Origin: Parasitella parasitica NRRL 2501
Taxonomy: Eukaryota; Fungi; Mucoromycota
DNA length: 64,000 nucleotides
Direction: 5' to 3'
NCBI GenBank assembly: GCA_025201805.1
Contig: MU619259.1
Span: forward strand, 197,204-261,203
Shown in pieces: positions 13,482 to 25,869 of this stretch (positions within the stretch are counted from its first letter, which is position 1; each line of letters begins with the position of its first letter). Made by a program: the position numbers and the translations under genes. Under the pieces are notes generated by a model. It ran no database searches. It saw nothing but the letters and a program-made list of their open reading frames with translations, and was not told where the DNA came from.

Positions 13482-14147
13482 ATGGTCAATACTCGACAAT
13501 TACAATTTGACAAAGGGATCATGAGGCTTTCTGCTTATGACCCTGTATCCAATCAATACGAAACTCGTACTCTTACCTTGCCCGAATTACCATTGATGGA
13601 ATCACTGGAGCACTTATTCAATAGCAATATCGCTACTGTCAATTCACCACATGTTGAAAACAACGGCAAATTATTACGCTTAACCAAGTCTTGCAACAAC
13701 AAGAAATCGACGAAAAGAAATTCGATTAGACACGATGTTGTCTTGACACCCCGTCGTTGTCAATCGAACCCTAATTTATCCAAACAACAGCAAAAGTCGT
13801 TCAAAGGTGAGTGTTGCTACGCAACGTCAGGAGGAATGTCACCAACAAAATTCTCTTTAGCTGTTGCTACGGGTGGTGGTGGTCCTATCAGATCCAAACG
13901 CTCCTTGTCAAGTGCATTTCAGGCTTTTGCAGGCTTCATTCAAAAGGCCAACAAAAAGATTCGCTCCACGTATGTAGTCGAAAAAGAATGGCCTGCAGAA
14001 ACTTGGCTAGATGAAATTCGGTTGTCATCTGAAAGCAGCATTTCAACTCTCGATCTTGTGCCTGTGTCTTCTTGGTCCTCCTCTCGCCCAGTGATGCCAG
14101 CTTGTGAAAATTGGTGGACAGGAAGCCCACCAATAAGTTCTTTTTAG
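13482..14147 (+). CDS. Hypothetical protein (221 aa)
   Basis: ATG at 13482 follows a pyrimidine-rich leader; uninterrupted ORF with fungal-like composition. Confidence 0.7.
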   Translation: MVNTRQLQFDKGIMRLSAYDPVSNQYETRTLTLPELPLMESLEHLFNSNIATVNSPHVENNGKLLRLTKSCNNKKSTKRNSIRHDVVLTPRRCQSNPNLSKQQQKSFKGECCYATSGGMSPTKFSLAVATGGGGPIRSKRSLSSAFQAFAGFIQKANKKIRSTYVVEKEWPAETWLDEIRLSSESSISTLDLVPVSSWSSSRPVMPACENWWTGSPPISSF

Positions 14148-14903
14148 TTGCGATGTTTTCAAAACATTCAACTAATAGCTCCTTTATTGTTTGCTTGATA
14201 TGTATAAATATATCAACAAACAAAAATCAACCACCCCCTTCCAGTCTTTTTACTAGTTATTCCTCCTGCCCTGCCACTCATTAATCACCTTATTTATAGA
14301 TATATACCTATAGCTTTTCATGAGAATCAATAACTCCCGTCTCCTCATACGCATTCATTTCCATCACTGACATTCCTTTTTTTTTTTATTCAACATATAC
14401 CAGTTTATTCACACAAGAACATCCGTTTGTTAACATTTATACAATATTTTGAGCTCCTGTTAGTCACTCAATAAACGCAAATTAGTCATTTTAAATTTGC
14501 CTGTCGATACTGCTGTAAACTGCGCGTGTTATTTTCAAGCAAAGGGCACCACAAGCATATACGACGACGAATTCTACATTAGTGCTGGACCTCTCATTAA
14601 TTCCAGAGTATTAAGTTTAAATAAATAGTGTAGTACAAATGTGCTTGTCGCTAGCAAACATTATACCGGTTTCTGCGATCGCTAGATACGCAAATGCACC
14701 CGATATTTTTAATCTGATCCAAAATGCCTTGATCCGCCACATCAAATAATAGCCCTTCTTTATTAAAAATAAGCTCCTCATCAGTTCAGCATCTCCTTTA
14801 TTCAGCTCAGGAGAAATGTTTTTAATTTAAACAAGTTTCATGCTAAATCACATATGTTTTTTATTATTATTATTATTTCTGAAAGCCATCGCTATATAGA
14901 TTA

Positions 14904-16166
14904 CTACAGCACATTTCTCAAGCAAGATAATTTCCTCTGCTGACCCCGTACAAATGCATCTGTTCTTCTGGGCAAGAAGCCTCTTGGTTTCAATGGGCTC
15001 GATAGTTTTCGATGCCTCATCATGTTTAATTCAGCAGAGATCATTCGCAAATGATCCGGGTTTGATCGGGTATCTCGTGTATACGTATTAGTTTCTGGAT
15101 TAAATCTAGGTTGTGTAGTAGCTTCTGATCGTCTCTTTTTGCGAATATTGCGTTTTGGAGGAAGTGGCATCGGGATAAAATTGGATTTTTTAGTTTTTGT
15201 AGATGTTAGTGGTAGAGTAGCTGCGTCAGCGTTTTCTTGCGGTTGTTGAGGGCTAGTAGATAACGTCAGTGATCGACGTAGTTGAGCAATGGTCTCTAGC
15301 CATCGATTTTTAGATGGCTCCTGTTCAGTAGATGACGTCGAAGACGCCGATGTTGACAATATGGAGGAAGAAGATGGCAGCGGTGGCGATGTTGACATGG
15401 CGTAAGATTTGGTCATGGATGTAGATGGCAGTTGCGACTTGGAAAATGAAGGAATTGATTTCTTTCTAGTCAGCATTGTTTCGACATGATCGTCCTCGTC
15501 TTCCTCATCTTCATCTTCATCCTCTTCCTCATCCTCTTCCTCTCCTTCCTCCTCCTCCTCCTCCTCTTCTTCGTCTACGTCTTCGTCTTCATCTTCGTCT
15601 TCGTCAATGAGTCGGTTGTCTGTTATGGGTATCACTTGAATAGGTGGTTGTTTAATTGGAAAGAGTACAGGCCTCAAATCTTTTCTGCCCTTGTCTGGTT
15701 TCCTAATATCTTCGTCTGGCGTGGTTGCACTAAGTGATGGTGGTGGCATATGCAAAGGTAACACCAAAAAATCCGTTGACAGGAAGTTGCGAAAAGGGGA
15801 CGAATGCACCTGCATTTTTTGTTATTTCAATGCTTGGCAAATTTTGCCCTCTTTTTTTCTTCTAAAAAGCAAAAAAAGACTACTTACCAAATCCTCTTCA
15901 TCAGGTATACTTTCTTTACTGTCAACAGCAATCCAATTCTCTACATGCGACATGCGTTTTATCGATGTCTTTTTGTCCTTGTTCCGCTTCTTCTTTTTCC
16001 TCTTTTTATCCTTACGCTTGGATAATGGAGGAATAGCTCCATAAGGTTCTGGTGCTTGCGCTGCTAATTGCTTAATCATATCTTTATACGCCTGCTCCTC
16101 ATCGTCATTATTTTTACTGGGTATCGAAACAGGGTCTGTTTGGGAAAAAGATAAAGCTGTTGACAT
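14904..16166 (-). CDS. Hypothetical low-complexity protein with basic NLS-like and acidic tracts; exons 16166-15888 and 15809-14904
   Basis: GT-AG intron 15887-15810 joins EEDL|VHSSPF; poly-K and poly-E/D tracts; C-terminal RDTRSNPDHLRMISAELNMMR block. Confidence 0.8.
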
Positions 16167-17549
16167 TTGTATCAAGTGTGTGGTTGAAAAAAAAAAGGGG
16201 GAAAAAGAGGAAAAAAGAAATCAGCATCTTGTTTTGTTTTGAGTTGCCGTTACATGTTCTACAATGGTTGTTTTCATTTCTTCTTTCAATACGTGACTTT
16301 TGAAGTCTTCAGTTTGTGTGATCTACAGTTTGATAATGCTACAGAATATTCCATGGCAACCGGGAACTAACATTCACCATCGCAGTCAAGGCATATCCAT
16401 ACGCAGACAATCCGAAAAAAGGGCTGCCATGTTTTGCAATGTTACATTTATATACCTACTACCGTTTTATGTAGATCAAAATATCCAATCAAATTGATAC
16501 CAGCTATCATTTGTTTATCATAGTATCCAATGCATTGTTATTGAAACTATCTTGCTTTCGATATAAAACAAACATAACACAATGATGTAACGGTATTGGT
16601 ACATTGTGGAAAATTTTTTCAACAAATAAAAGAGCCCTTTTCAGTAAGCTAATTTGTAGTCAAGTCCCTGTTTGAAGATATAGTGCGAATAGGTAGTCAA
16701 TGATGTTTGTTTCATGAGTAGACCAACAGGGTGTGTGAGAATAAATCGTTTGTTTTATCTCTCTCTTTTTTACTTTGCGCTAGATAAACACGTTTGATAA
16801 TATTTGCAGTAGGAATGCTGATTCAGATACGAGTTATAGTATTTGAGATATATTATTATGATTTTTGATATGATGGTCAACATGAAAAAACAATGGCAAA
16901 GCTTGTCCAAAGAAATTCATGCGAAAAGAAAATCCCCCTTTTTTTTTAGGATTGTTACATATTAAATTACGATTATCGTGTAAAAGTATTGAGCATTGCT
17001 GGTCAGACCTAGTATCCCTCGATGAATCAACATTTATGAAATAATGTAAGCCCATCTCATATCCATAAAATTCACTTCATGAGCGACTGTTTCCCCATTG
17101 TTTTGAATATTCTTTACAAACAGAGAAGTATATACGAATGATGCAGCAAAAATGGCCATTACATTGGTTTTGCAATGTTATCAACAGAGACTACTACTCA
17201 TATCGATATCTGTAGCGGAAACGGCACGGGTGTGGGTTCGCATTTTTTCTCTTTAGGGGGTGGTAACATAGTACACTAGTAGTTGTGTCTCGTACATCTT
17301 TTCAGAATGATAGTAAAAGCCCTGGTTTAAGAACATTGGTGCAGGCACCAGAGATTCTTGGATGAGCTTTTCTTTTGTAGAGTTTACTTTTTACAACTAA
17401 CTAAAATTGTTTTGATTCAAGAGAATAGGGGAGGGAGACGTACAAACTATTCAATCAACTCTAATGTTGAGCACCTCAAACATTCCTTCATCGGTCCCAA
17501 CTTACCCGACTATATTGAAGATATTTATGCTCGATTTGATCGCCACTGA

Positions 17550-17930
17550 TTTCCTAATCGCGGAAATACAGGCTCTAGCTAATGAGAACACTACCTACCA
17601 AGGACAGGTGCAACCTTTTTCAACAACAACAACTCCTGCCTCTCTTCTGCTCTTTCTGTTGAAGATTGCCTCCCATCTCCTCTAGTGACCCCTCTGCCAA
17701 ACAAGCATATCAGTTACAAACTGCTCTCCGTCGTGATCCAAGCTTGTCAAGTCTCCTCTGTCTCTGAGCAGCAAGGATTCCAGTTTACCATCTTTATTTA
17801 AAATCGAAGCCGTGAAATAGTTAGTAAGGTACGAGAGAATCTGCGAGACAAGGGTATCGAAAATAGCCGTAGCTTATATGTCCACCACCTTTATCATTAT
17901 GTCCATGCCACTCTTATCCGCAATGACTAA
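17550..17930 (+). mobile_element. Degenerate ORF1 fragment of a Mucorales non-LTR (LINE-like) retrotransposon
   Basis: One frame reads SEQQGFQFTIFI*NRSREIVSKVRENLRDKGIENSRSLYVHHL...ATLIRND*, resembling the recalled Mucorales ORF1 motif QGFQYxY..R.....LR..GI.N.R.LDIHYP....A.LIHNDY; in-frame stops show decay. Confidence 0.55.
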
Positions 17931-18479
17931 CACTCTACTCTACTGCTTCCCCAATTCGAGAGATACAAGATGGAGCCATTATCTTTTATAATCCATGCGC
18001 TACCCCCAGAAAGGCAAGAGATAAAGCAATTATTAGATTGGTAATTCTTTTTATGTTTTACGATGACAAGGAATAAGCTATATTGATTAACTTATCAGGA
18101 TGCGAAATTATTTAATTAAAACGGTTATGAATTAATCAGGTAAAGATCTCTTTTATTAAATGGAAAATATGATGGTATATATATACGAGTGAATAGAAGT
18201 GGGCTGATAGGGGGGGGGGATAAGGTGTGAGTGTGAGACATGGTGTGATTTAGAGAATGGGACAATAGATTGTATCTATTATCCATGAACATGTCAGTTA
18301 TAAATGTGGGATATGTTCTTGAATTGTGTTCAGGATTGAAGAGTTTGACTTCCGGTTGGGGAATTGACACATCAAGCGCTAATCACGGAGGATCGATACC
18401 TTATGAGATTACCAAAATAGCCAATCCTATTGAAATAAGAAGGATCAACCGTCAGTACTGATCTTTCGCTATATTTTCC

Positions 18480-19385
18480 AGGATTGATCTCGGTTCTTTG
18501 GTATAATAATCAGCAGCAAAATCTATGACAAAATGTCCGTCATAATAACTGAAATCTAAATTGTCTTTCCTCATAACTTTTGATAGAAACATCACTCGGT
18601 AAAAATCAAGTTATGCGCGGATAGCGATGATTTTGCCAGATTTATGGCGCATAAGACAAGCTATTATTGGCTCTTCACCGAAGTCTACCTGCGATTATAT
18701 ACAATTTGATATATAAAAATTTGTGGTATCATCTGATAGCTTTATAGATATCAATGTTTTCATGGATACCAATGTTGTTTCCAGGTAGCGCCAAGTCAAT
18801 GCTAAGTTTTCCAAGTTAGATCTCGGTTCTACGGTTATTTTAGCCCAAGTTATGAGCAAATATCTGATATTCATGATAAATATTGAAAAATAAAACTGTT
18901 TTTGCAGATAACTTTTGATAGAGACATCACTCAGTGGAAATCAAGTTATGCTCAGATAGCGATGATTACGCCTGTTCTTATGGCGCATAATAAGACAGTG
19001 TTTATTTTGCTCTTTATCGGAGCCTATCATCGATTATATGCAATTCTGATATGAGAATTTGTGATGTCATCTGATAACTTTATGGTTAGCAATATAAACA
19101 TGGAAGCCAACGTTGTTGCCAGATAGAGGTGAGTCAACGCTAAGTTTTCCAAGTTAGATCTCGGTTCTACAATCAATTTAGCAGAACTTATGAGCAAAAA
19201 ATATCTGATATTTATGATTATTTATTACAAATTTATTTTTACAGACGCATCGCCCAGCAGGGGAAACCAAGTTATGCTCAAATAGCGATGATTATGCCGG
19301 TTTTAATGAAGCATAATAAAACAGGCTTTAATTGGCTCTTTGTCTTTGCCTATCAGCGTTTATGTGCAATTCTCATATTGCGGAA
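18480..19385. repeat. Tandem repeat, ~336-bp unit, two full copies plus flanking partial copies
   Basis: ATAACTTTTGATAGA.ACATCACTC at ~18573 and ~18908; AAGTTATGC...ATAGCGATGATT at ~18607, ~18943, ~19269; GCTAAGTTTTCCAAGTTAGATCTCGGTTCTAC at ~18801 and ~19139; GATCTCGGTTCT also at ~18486. Confidence 0.9.
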
Positions 19386-19989
19386 TCGGCATAGAATGTT
19401 ATATAGCTTCTCTGAAAAAAGATTAAATAAAAAAAACAATAATAAATGTCAATGTGATAAAGTTATAGGTTTTATTATCAAATTGATAGGTGTATATAGC
19501 TCTAGTTTATCTACTGGCCATGTAGATGAACCTTCACATACTAAATCTAGTAAATGTCTAAGGCTCATGTCGAGGTATAAGTTCAAGTCTATAGCGTTAT
19601 CCATCTTAATGGTGCCATCTCTAGCCTATATCTTGTATATAGTATTAATCTGTATTGTACATCTTATTAAATGTGCACATATGCATGTAGCCTATCTCAA
19701 TTTAAGATAACTGGATGAATATAGAAGTGAAATGCAGATCATTCAGGCCACGACATGGTCTAAAAAGAATAAATAGAGAATACCGATACAGAATGATCAT
19801 TAAAAACACGCGAATATCATACTCCTTCGTTGTGTATTTACCAGCCGAAACAATGCAGCAATTGAAAATGAACAACTGATTTTTATTTTTCTATAATACA
19901 CTTTTACCCAAGGGAGGGATGAAAAGAAAAGAAAAAAAGAAAAAGAAAAAAAAGAACGCTGTGCAAATGTCCATGATAATAGCAAATAC

Positions 19990-21068
19990 CTACTTTCTAG
20001 CAAAGGTAACCTTCATTTCTTGATCTGGGCCAAATGAATGGCCAGAGAGCTCAGATTTGGCAGCGGCAGACTGGAGCTCGTTATCGTACTCAACAAATGC
20101 AATCGATCTCTTTGTAGGGATCATACGAACTTCTCTGAAACCAGGAAAACGCTGGAATAGATCCACAAGTTGCTGCTGAGTGATTGTTTCTGGTAATTTC
20201 TGCAGGAAAAGAATGTTGTTGGGTGGTAGATACTCGTCTGGAATATTGGCTGTGGGATTGAAGTGTGTAGATTCTAATAAAGCTTATTAGCAAACTTGAA
20301 GAATAAATGACGCACACGACATACTCTGCTGAGGTCTACTAGCCTTGAACGTTGGTTTATGAGATCCAGGAAGAGGCAGCTTGGATGTCTCCTCCTTTTT
20401 AGCCATACGCTGTTTGTAGTGTGTCTCATAATCACCATCGGATTTAGCATGCACATCTGATCTATTGCGAGCGAATTGAAGCACCATTGGCTTATCATAC
20501 AGGCTGAAATGCTGCAATTCCTTGATGGCCTTTTCTGCACTGTCTTCGTTAGGGAACGCGACAAATGCTTGTCCACGCATGCGGATATTTTGGTGGGCTA
20601 CAACATCGAGCACATCGCCAAACTGCTTGAACAATGTGCGCAAAGAGTTTTTCAGCACTAAATAGTCGCAACTGTTAGTAACCTGTGCTTGCCACATCCT
20701 AAACACTGCGTTTTCTCACCGTCCAATTTCACCTTTTCGTTGAGATTGCTAACATAAACTGTTCGGCTAGGCGTTGTGTTGGGAGGCTGTTTGGCTATAG
20801 GGATGCCATTAACTGTACCAGTTGGTGCGGTAGGAGCAGCAGCAACTGGAACACCAGGCGTAAATGGCATGCCACCGGGAGGGAACTGTCCTTGAGCTGG
20901 TGGAGGTCCACCAGGAAAACCTCCATGTGATGGAGGCATGTTGCCCGGAGGAAATCCAGCAGGTGGCATGCCGCCACCAGGAAATGGAGGAGGGCCATTG
21001 CTTCCGTTGAAAGCTGTGGGCGGTGGTGCGCTTCCAGGCGCCATTTGCGGTTGTGGAGGCTGAGACAT
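19990..21068 (-). CDS. U1A/U2B''/SNF-family snRNP protein (two RRMs) with Pro/Gly-rich N-terminal extension; introns 20719-20658 and 20324-20274
   Basis: RRM1 TVYVSNLNEK...LDVVAHQNIRMRGQAFV; RRM2 PPNNILFLQK...FPGFREVRMIP...IAFVEY...MKVTFARK. Confidence 0.92.
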
Positions 21069-22388
21069 GTTGCTCTAGTTAAACACGAATGATAAAAGGT
21101 GTTTACTCTTGGAAAAAAAATCTTGCTTTCAAACAACATAGATGAGTCACACACAACTGGCAACCGCACAAATGCAACACTTTATCTTGCATCTGCTGGG
21201 ATAGTGTCAAAGTTAAGGAGTAGGAACTAATGGCTGTCTTGCTGCCAAGACGCAAGGATTCATTAACCAATCGTCGTATCAAATAACTGTTATTCTACTC
21301 ATTCAGTAAGCTTACCAAGGTATTATATCAATGCGGTAAAATATTGAATGAAATCAAGGCAACTGATTCGTACACTTCATCTCATGGTGGAAGTCAAGTC
21401 GGTTTGATACAAAATTTATCCTCACTTTAGAATGCTTCTTTGTAGAATTTGTTATAATTAAATACAAGCATTAGAGGGGCTAATTAGGATATTTTATCGA
21501 CCTGCAGATTTGCATGCACCAGAGATTTTGGTGTCATTATTGCGGACAAACAAGCTGATCGTTTTCCCAGAAATAGTTTGTATTTACTGACGCTTTGTAA
21601 CTTGACAAGGTGTCTGTTTTTTTCTGAATAGTTTAAAGCAAAAATTTGTAACGGCAGCGAGCATTCATTATGTATCACTAACTGAGGACATGAGCAGCCA
21701 CGTTTCGGCAAATGTTGAGCGTATAGCTATATGGCACATTTCAATTATATCAATAAACTAGGATAATGAGTTTGTCTCGCATCGCTGAAAGCATGAAGCA
21801 AAATAACATATAGACACGACCAAATGTAGCGCTACTTGCTCATGCGGCAATAAAAATGGTGCCCCTGCTTTTGATTTGAAAGAGCTGATACTATCTTATC
21901 GTTGTTGACAAAGTAGCACATTGTTGTCATTAGCTCCCCCCCCCTCACCTTTCGTGGCTAATGGTCAATGTTGCTTGATCTGTCATAAGGACCCTGAGTA
22001 CAAAGAAAACAAAGTTTTATGCATATATCATTGTTGGTGGTTCATAAACACTGATCATTAAGCATATAGTATCAATCACACAAGATTCAATGGCTATCTG
22101 TCATAAAATCAGTTGAGCAATGCAGAATTTCAAACCTGTCTGCACTCTTTATCCTTCGCCCTTGATGTGGCCATGAGCGATTTCCAAGAGTCCAATACTA
22201 TTGGTAGTTTCGAATGTACCTTTGTTTGCAAAGAAATCATAAACAATGAATTCATGTCAGAAAACGGCCATGATTACATGATAGTATACTCTGTATGCTA
22301 CAAGGGAACAAATTCAAAATTTCAGTATAAATAAGCCTTGAATCAAGCAGCTTCTATTTTTTTTCCTCATCACTCTCCTTACACTATT

Positions 22389-22953
22389 ATGAACTTCAAC
22401 AAATCCATCTCCACTCTTTTCACTGACCGTTCCAAGTCAACACTTTCCTTAAAGAAAACCAACAAAACCAACACCCCTAAGCCCAAAGAAAACCACAAGT
22501 CTTCCAAGATGTCTGCCTTCAAAAGCTTGCTTCGACCAAAGAAATGGTTTTCGCATGATCAACGTCTCTCAACCCCAGTCCAACAAGACGAAATGTGCAA
22601 CGACTCAGAAATAACAATGGTTGATGCACATTCCGAATTTGAAGGATTGCTTGAATACGCTTACGAAGAGGTAAATTCTTGTATTTTTTTAACATTAAGC
22701 ATCCAAACTAATTACGGATATACGATCCATCTAGATCAAGTATGCTCTTGACTCTTATGAATCCTGTTACTATGAAGGAGATCTGGTCTCTACTCAAGAG
22801 GCTTTAGACAAATGTCTTGTCTACCATGCTCAAATGAAGCTCAGCCTTGTTGCCAATCCCGAGTCTAAATACTTTTTAGACATCTGGAATGGAAAGATCA
22901 AGGACCTTCAGTCAGAAATCAACGAGTTGCCCGCAGCTACTGCTTCTGATTAA
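22389..22953 (+). CDS. Small helical protein, paralog A; exons 22389-22670 and 22735-22953
   Basis: TATAAAT at 22326; GT-AG intron 22671-22734; exon 2 IKYALDSYESCYYEGD...KIKDLQSEINELP; homologous to 25045-25609. Confidence 0.85.
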
Positions 22954-24628
22954 AGGTGATAAATTCGCAATAAGGTCTCCTTCTTTTATGACCCAAACAC
23001 TTTCCTTAACCAACTGTCGTTCAATTACACTCATTTTTGATAAGCTTTTATCCATTCTTTGAATAAATATCTACAGTTCACTATGCCCAGAATTAATTCA
23101 GCCTTATGCCATTTTCTAGCTGTATGATTTATATCCGATGGTACTACAGCAATTGATTCTGTACTACTAAAAATGACTTGTAGTTGTCATGTACACGAAC
23201 CATTAAAGCCAATAACGTTTTTGAAAGGAGTTTTTTAGGTCCAAGTGTTCGAGCATCTCAACTTTTATTCACGTCAAGATCATCCAAATAACTCGCGAGG
23301 GTCATGTCTTGTTCTAAAATGAAATTAGGTGCTTTTTAGCGAAGTATATGCAAAACTGTATGCTATGGAAACTCAAATACAGACAAACGGTTTTATTTGG
23401 TTCTAATTCAACCCTGAAGCCTTCATTTCTTAATATCTCGACAAATTAATTAACGAATTGAATATGCGTTATGAGTGGGAAGGGGGGGAAGGGTTTGTTA
23501 TAGTAGATTATACCTCGAACTATATTTTTTTTGCTAGAAGTTTTAGGCATATTCAAACTTATGAATTTAATCAAGAAAATAAGCGCATCAGAGACTACGC
23601 ATCTATATTTTGTCTATTGTTGTAGTTCTATTAATACAGTTCTAATAACTCGCTAATTTCAGTGTTTGCAGGAATCTCTTGTTAAATGAAAATATGTTAT
23701 ATAAACAATTATGAACGACTTGAACAAATACTTGGTGTTATTGTTTAGATAATGCAAAGCTTTATTACTTGTTATTGATAGATATATTTTGTCATAGTTC
23801 AGGTGCATGGTATGTGTTTGTACTGTAAAGCACTGTTTAAACAACACCTCATGGAGTTCTAAAGACAATGATCAGATCGACCATTATACCGGCTTTGTGC
23901 TATATAGTATTTCATTTTATTTGAAAAGTAAAGGCTCGCATTATTATAAACTCATGCTGCCATTGTGAAGATGAGGCAGTATAAGTGCTGTATAGCTCAT
24001 TGATTGTACGCAGTTCTTTGACATGTAAATACATGTAGTCAATGAAAGCAGCTAATCTCACTAGGACTATTTATTTTTCTCCTGGAAGAATAACACCTAA
24101 TCTATATGAGAATCTTATATCAATGGCACCAAATGCCTAGCCCAGTCAACTATGCTGAGCTCAACCTTTTATTATTGGAATGAGTGTGTTCCCAAAGAAG
24201 TGCTTCTTATATAAAAATGAATCAGTAGTGTATTTTATATATTATGTAAACAATACCTACCATAAGATAAAGTGCATGTATATGAATCATGGGGCTGATT
24301 TTATTAAGGCGCATACATTTATATTCTTCATGAATCAAGCAAAAAAAAAACTCGATCAGCATTTTTTGAAAGATTCTCTATGTCGAACTTTTTATTGCTA
24401 AGAGGGGATGGTAAGAATACTTGAGTACGATAGAGTGTATTCTATGTATTGCCACAGCAGCCATTTTAAAATGTACTTTATATACATGGAGCATTGTATA
24501 CAATAATATCTCGTATAATGAACTTTGCATTCCTGAATGTATACACTATAAAGCACGATAAAATCCGCATGAAAAATAGCAGCATTAAATTCCCTTGTTG
24601 TACGATGTTCCTTCATTANNNNNNNNNN

Positions 24629-24659
<31 letters not shown>

Positions 24660-25044
24660 AAAGAATCAATCTTATTAGACAAAGAAACGCTAAAATTAAC
24701 AGATTCCTGTTTGAAATGTGGCATCTACAAGTAAAAATAAGGATAATTTTATGTATATACAATGCAACATCTAAAATAATACTAACTATGTATATATATC
24801 ATACAATCATTTGGATATACATAATTTCAATCCTGGCTGTAACCATTATGATTTATTCTCTGTAGCAATGACATGATTGAGTGTGCCTTTGTTTGCAAGT
24901 AAATGATAACAATGAATTTATGTCGAAATGGTCATGACTAAATAGCATGATTAAACTATATGCAACAAATTACATATAAATAAGCCTTGGATCGATCTTT
25001 CTTTTCCTATTATTCTATTGCTTATACATAATTGCTATTTAACT

Positions 25045-25609
25045 ATGAAATTTCACCACTCGTCTCTTCTTTCTAACGACCGTTCCAAATCGGCGCCTTG
25101 CTTCAGCACTATGCGCAATGAAAAACCTGATCTGCTTGCAAATTGTTCTCCTAAGCGTACACCAAACAAATTTCACCCAAGGAATTGGTTTTCGCAGGAT
25201 CAGCTTGTCTTATCTGCATCTCACAAAAACGAAATGAGCAATAGCCTAATAACACTGGCTGATGCAAATTGTCAAATCGAAAAGATGATTGCACAAACTC
25301 GTGAAGAGGTAAATTAGAGTATATCATCAATTGATAACGTCCGGTACTAACTAGTACTCAACCATATAGATTGATTTCGCTTTTGAATCTCATAAAGAAA
25401 CAGGATTCCAATACTACGAAGGGGACAGAGATTCGGCCGAGGAAGCCTTTGACAAATGTCATACCTTTTATGTGCAAATGATGCAGATTTTCGTTCATTC
25501 CCTAAGCCCTGATGCTGTTAAATCTCTCGCGTCGTGGAAGCAGGGAATTGCTGTACTTCAATCAGAGCTCAACCGTTTGCCTGCAGTTACCAACTCCATG
25601 TACAATTAA
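25045..25609 (+). CDS. Small helical protein, paralog B; exons 25045-25308 and 25370-25609
   Basis: TATAAAT at 24975; intron at the same position (EE|I, GTAAATT donor); exon 2 IDFAFESH...YYEGD...EAFDKC...LQSELNRLPA. Confidence 0.85.
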
Positions 25610-25869
25610 TTCATTTTGTTGCGAGTCAGCGATATATACCCCTTTAATAACCCAAATGCTATAAGTTTTAACCAGCTTTTTAATTACGTGTCTACACCCG
25701 GCTACTTTATTAAATCCTACTCATTTTTCAAGTTGCATCGCATTCTCATTTTTGCTTTACTTGTACTGAATTGTGCTCAATGTTCCTTTGCTATGATGAG
25801 TAGAGATGTCCCTGACTGCAAGTAAAATACATGTATTTTCAATGCCTGCATACATTCTTTAAGTTTGTT

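Noticed and set aside
18480-19385. CRISPR-like array
   Set aside because: Eukaryotic context; whole ~336-bp units are homologous, with no unique spacers and no cas genes
16200-19950. Possible centromere (LINE relic plus repeat, by analogy to Mucor Grem-LINE1 pericentromeres)
   Set aside because: The gene-free interval is only ~3.8 kb, has no full-length elements, and I cannot identify a centromere core motif
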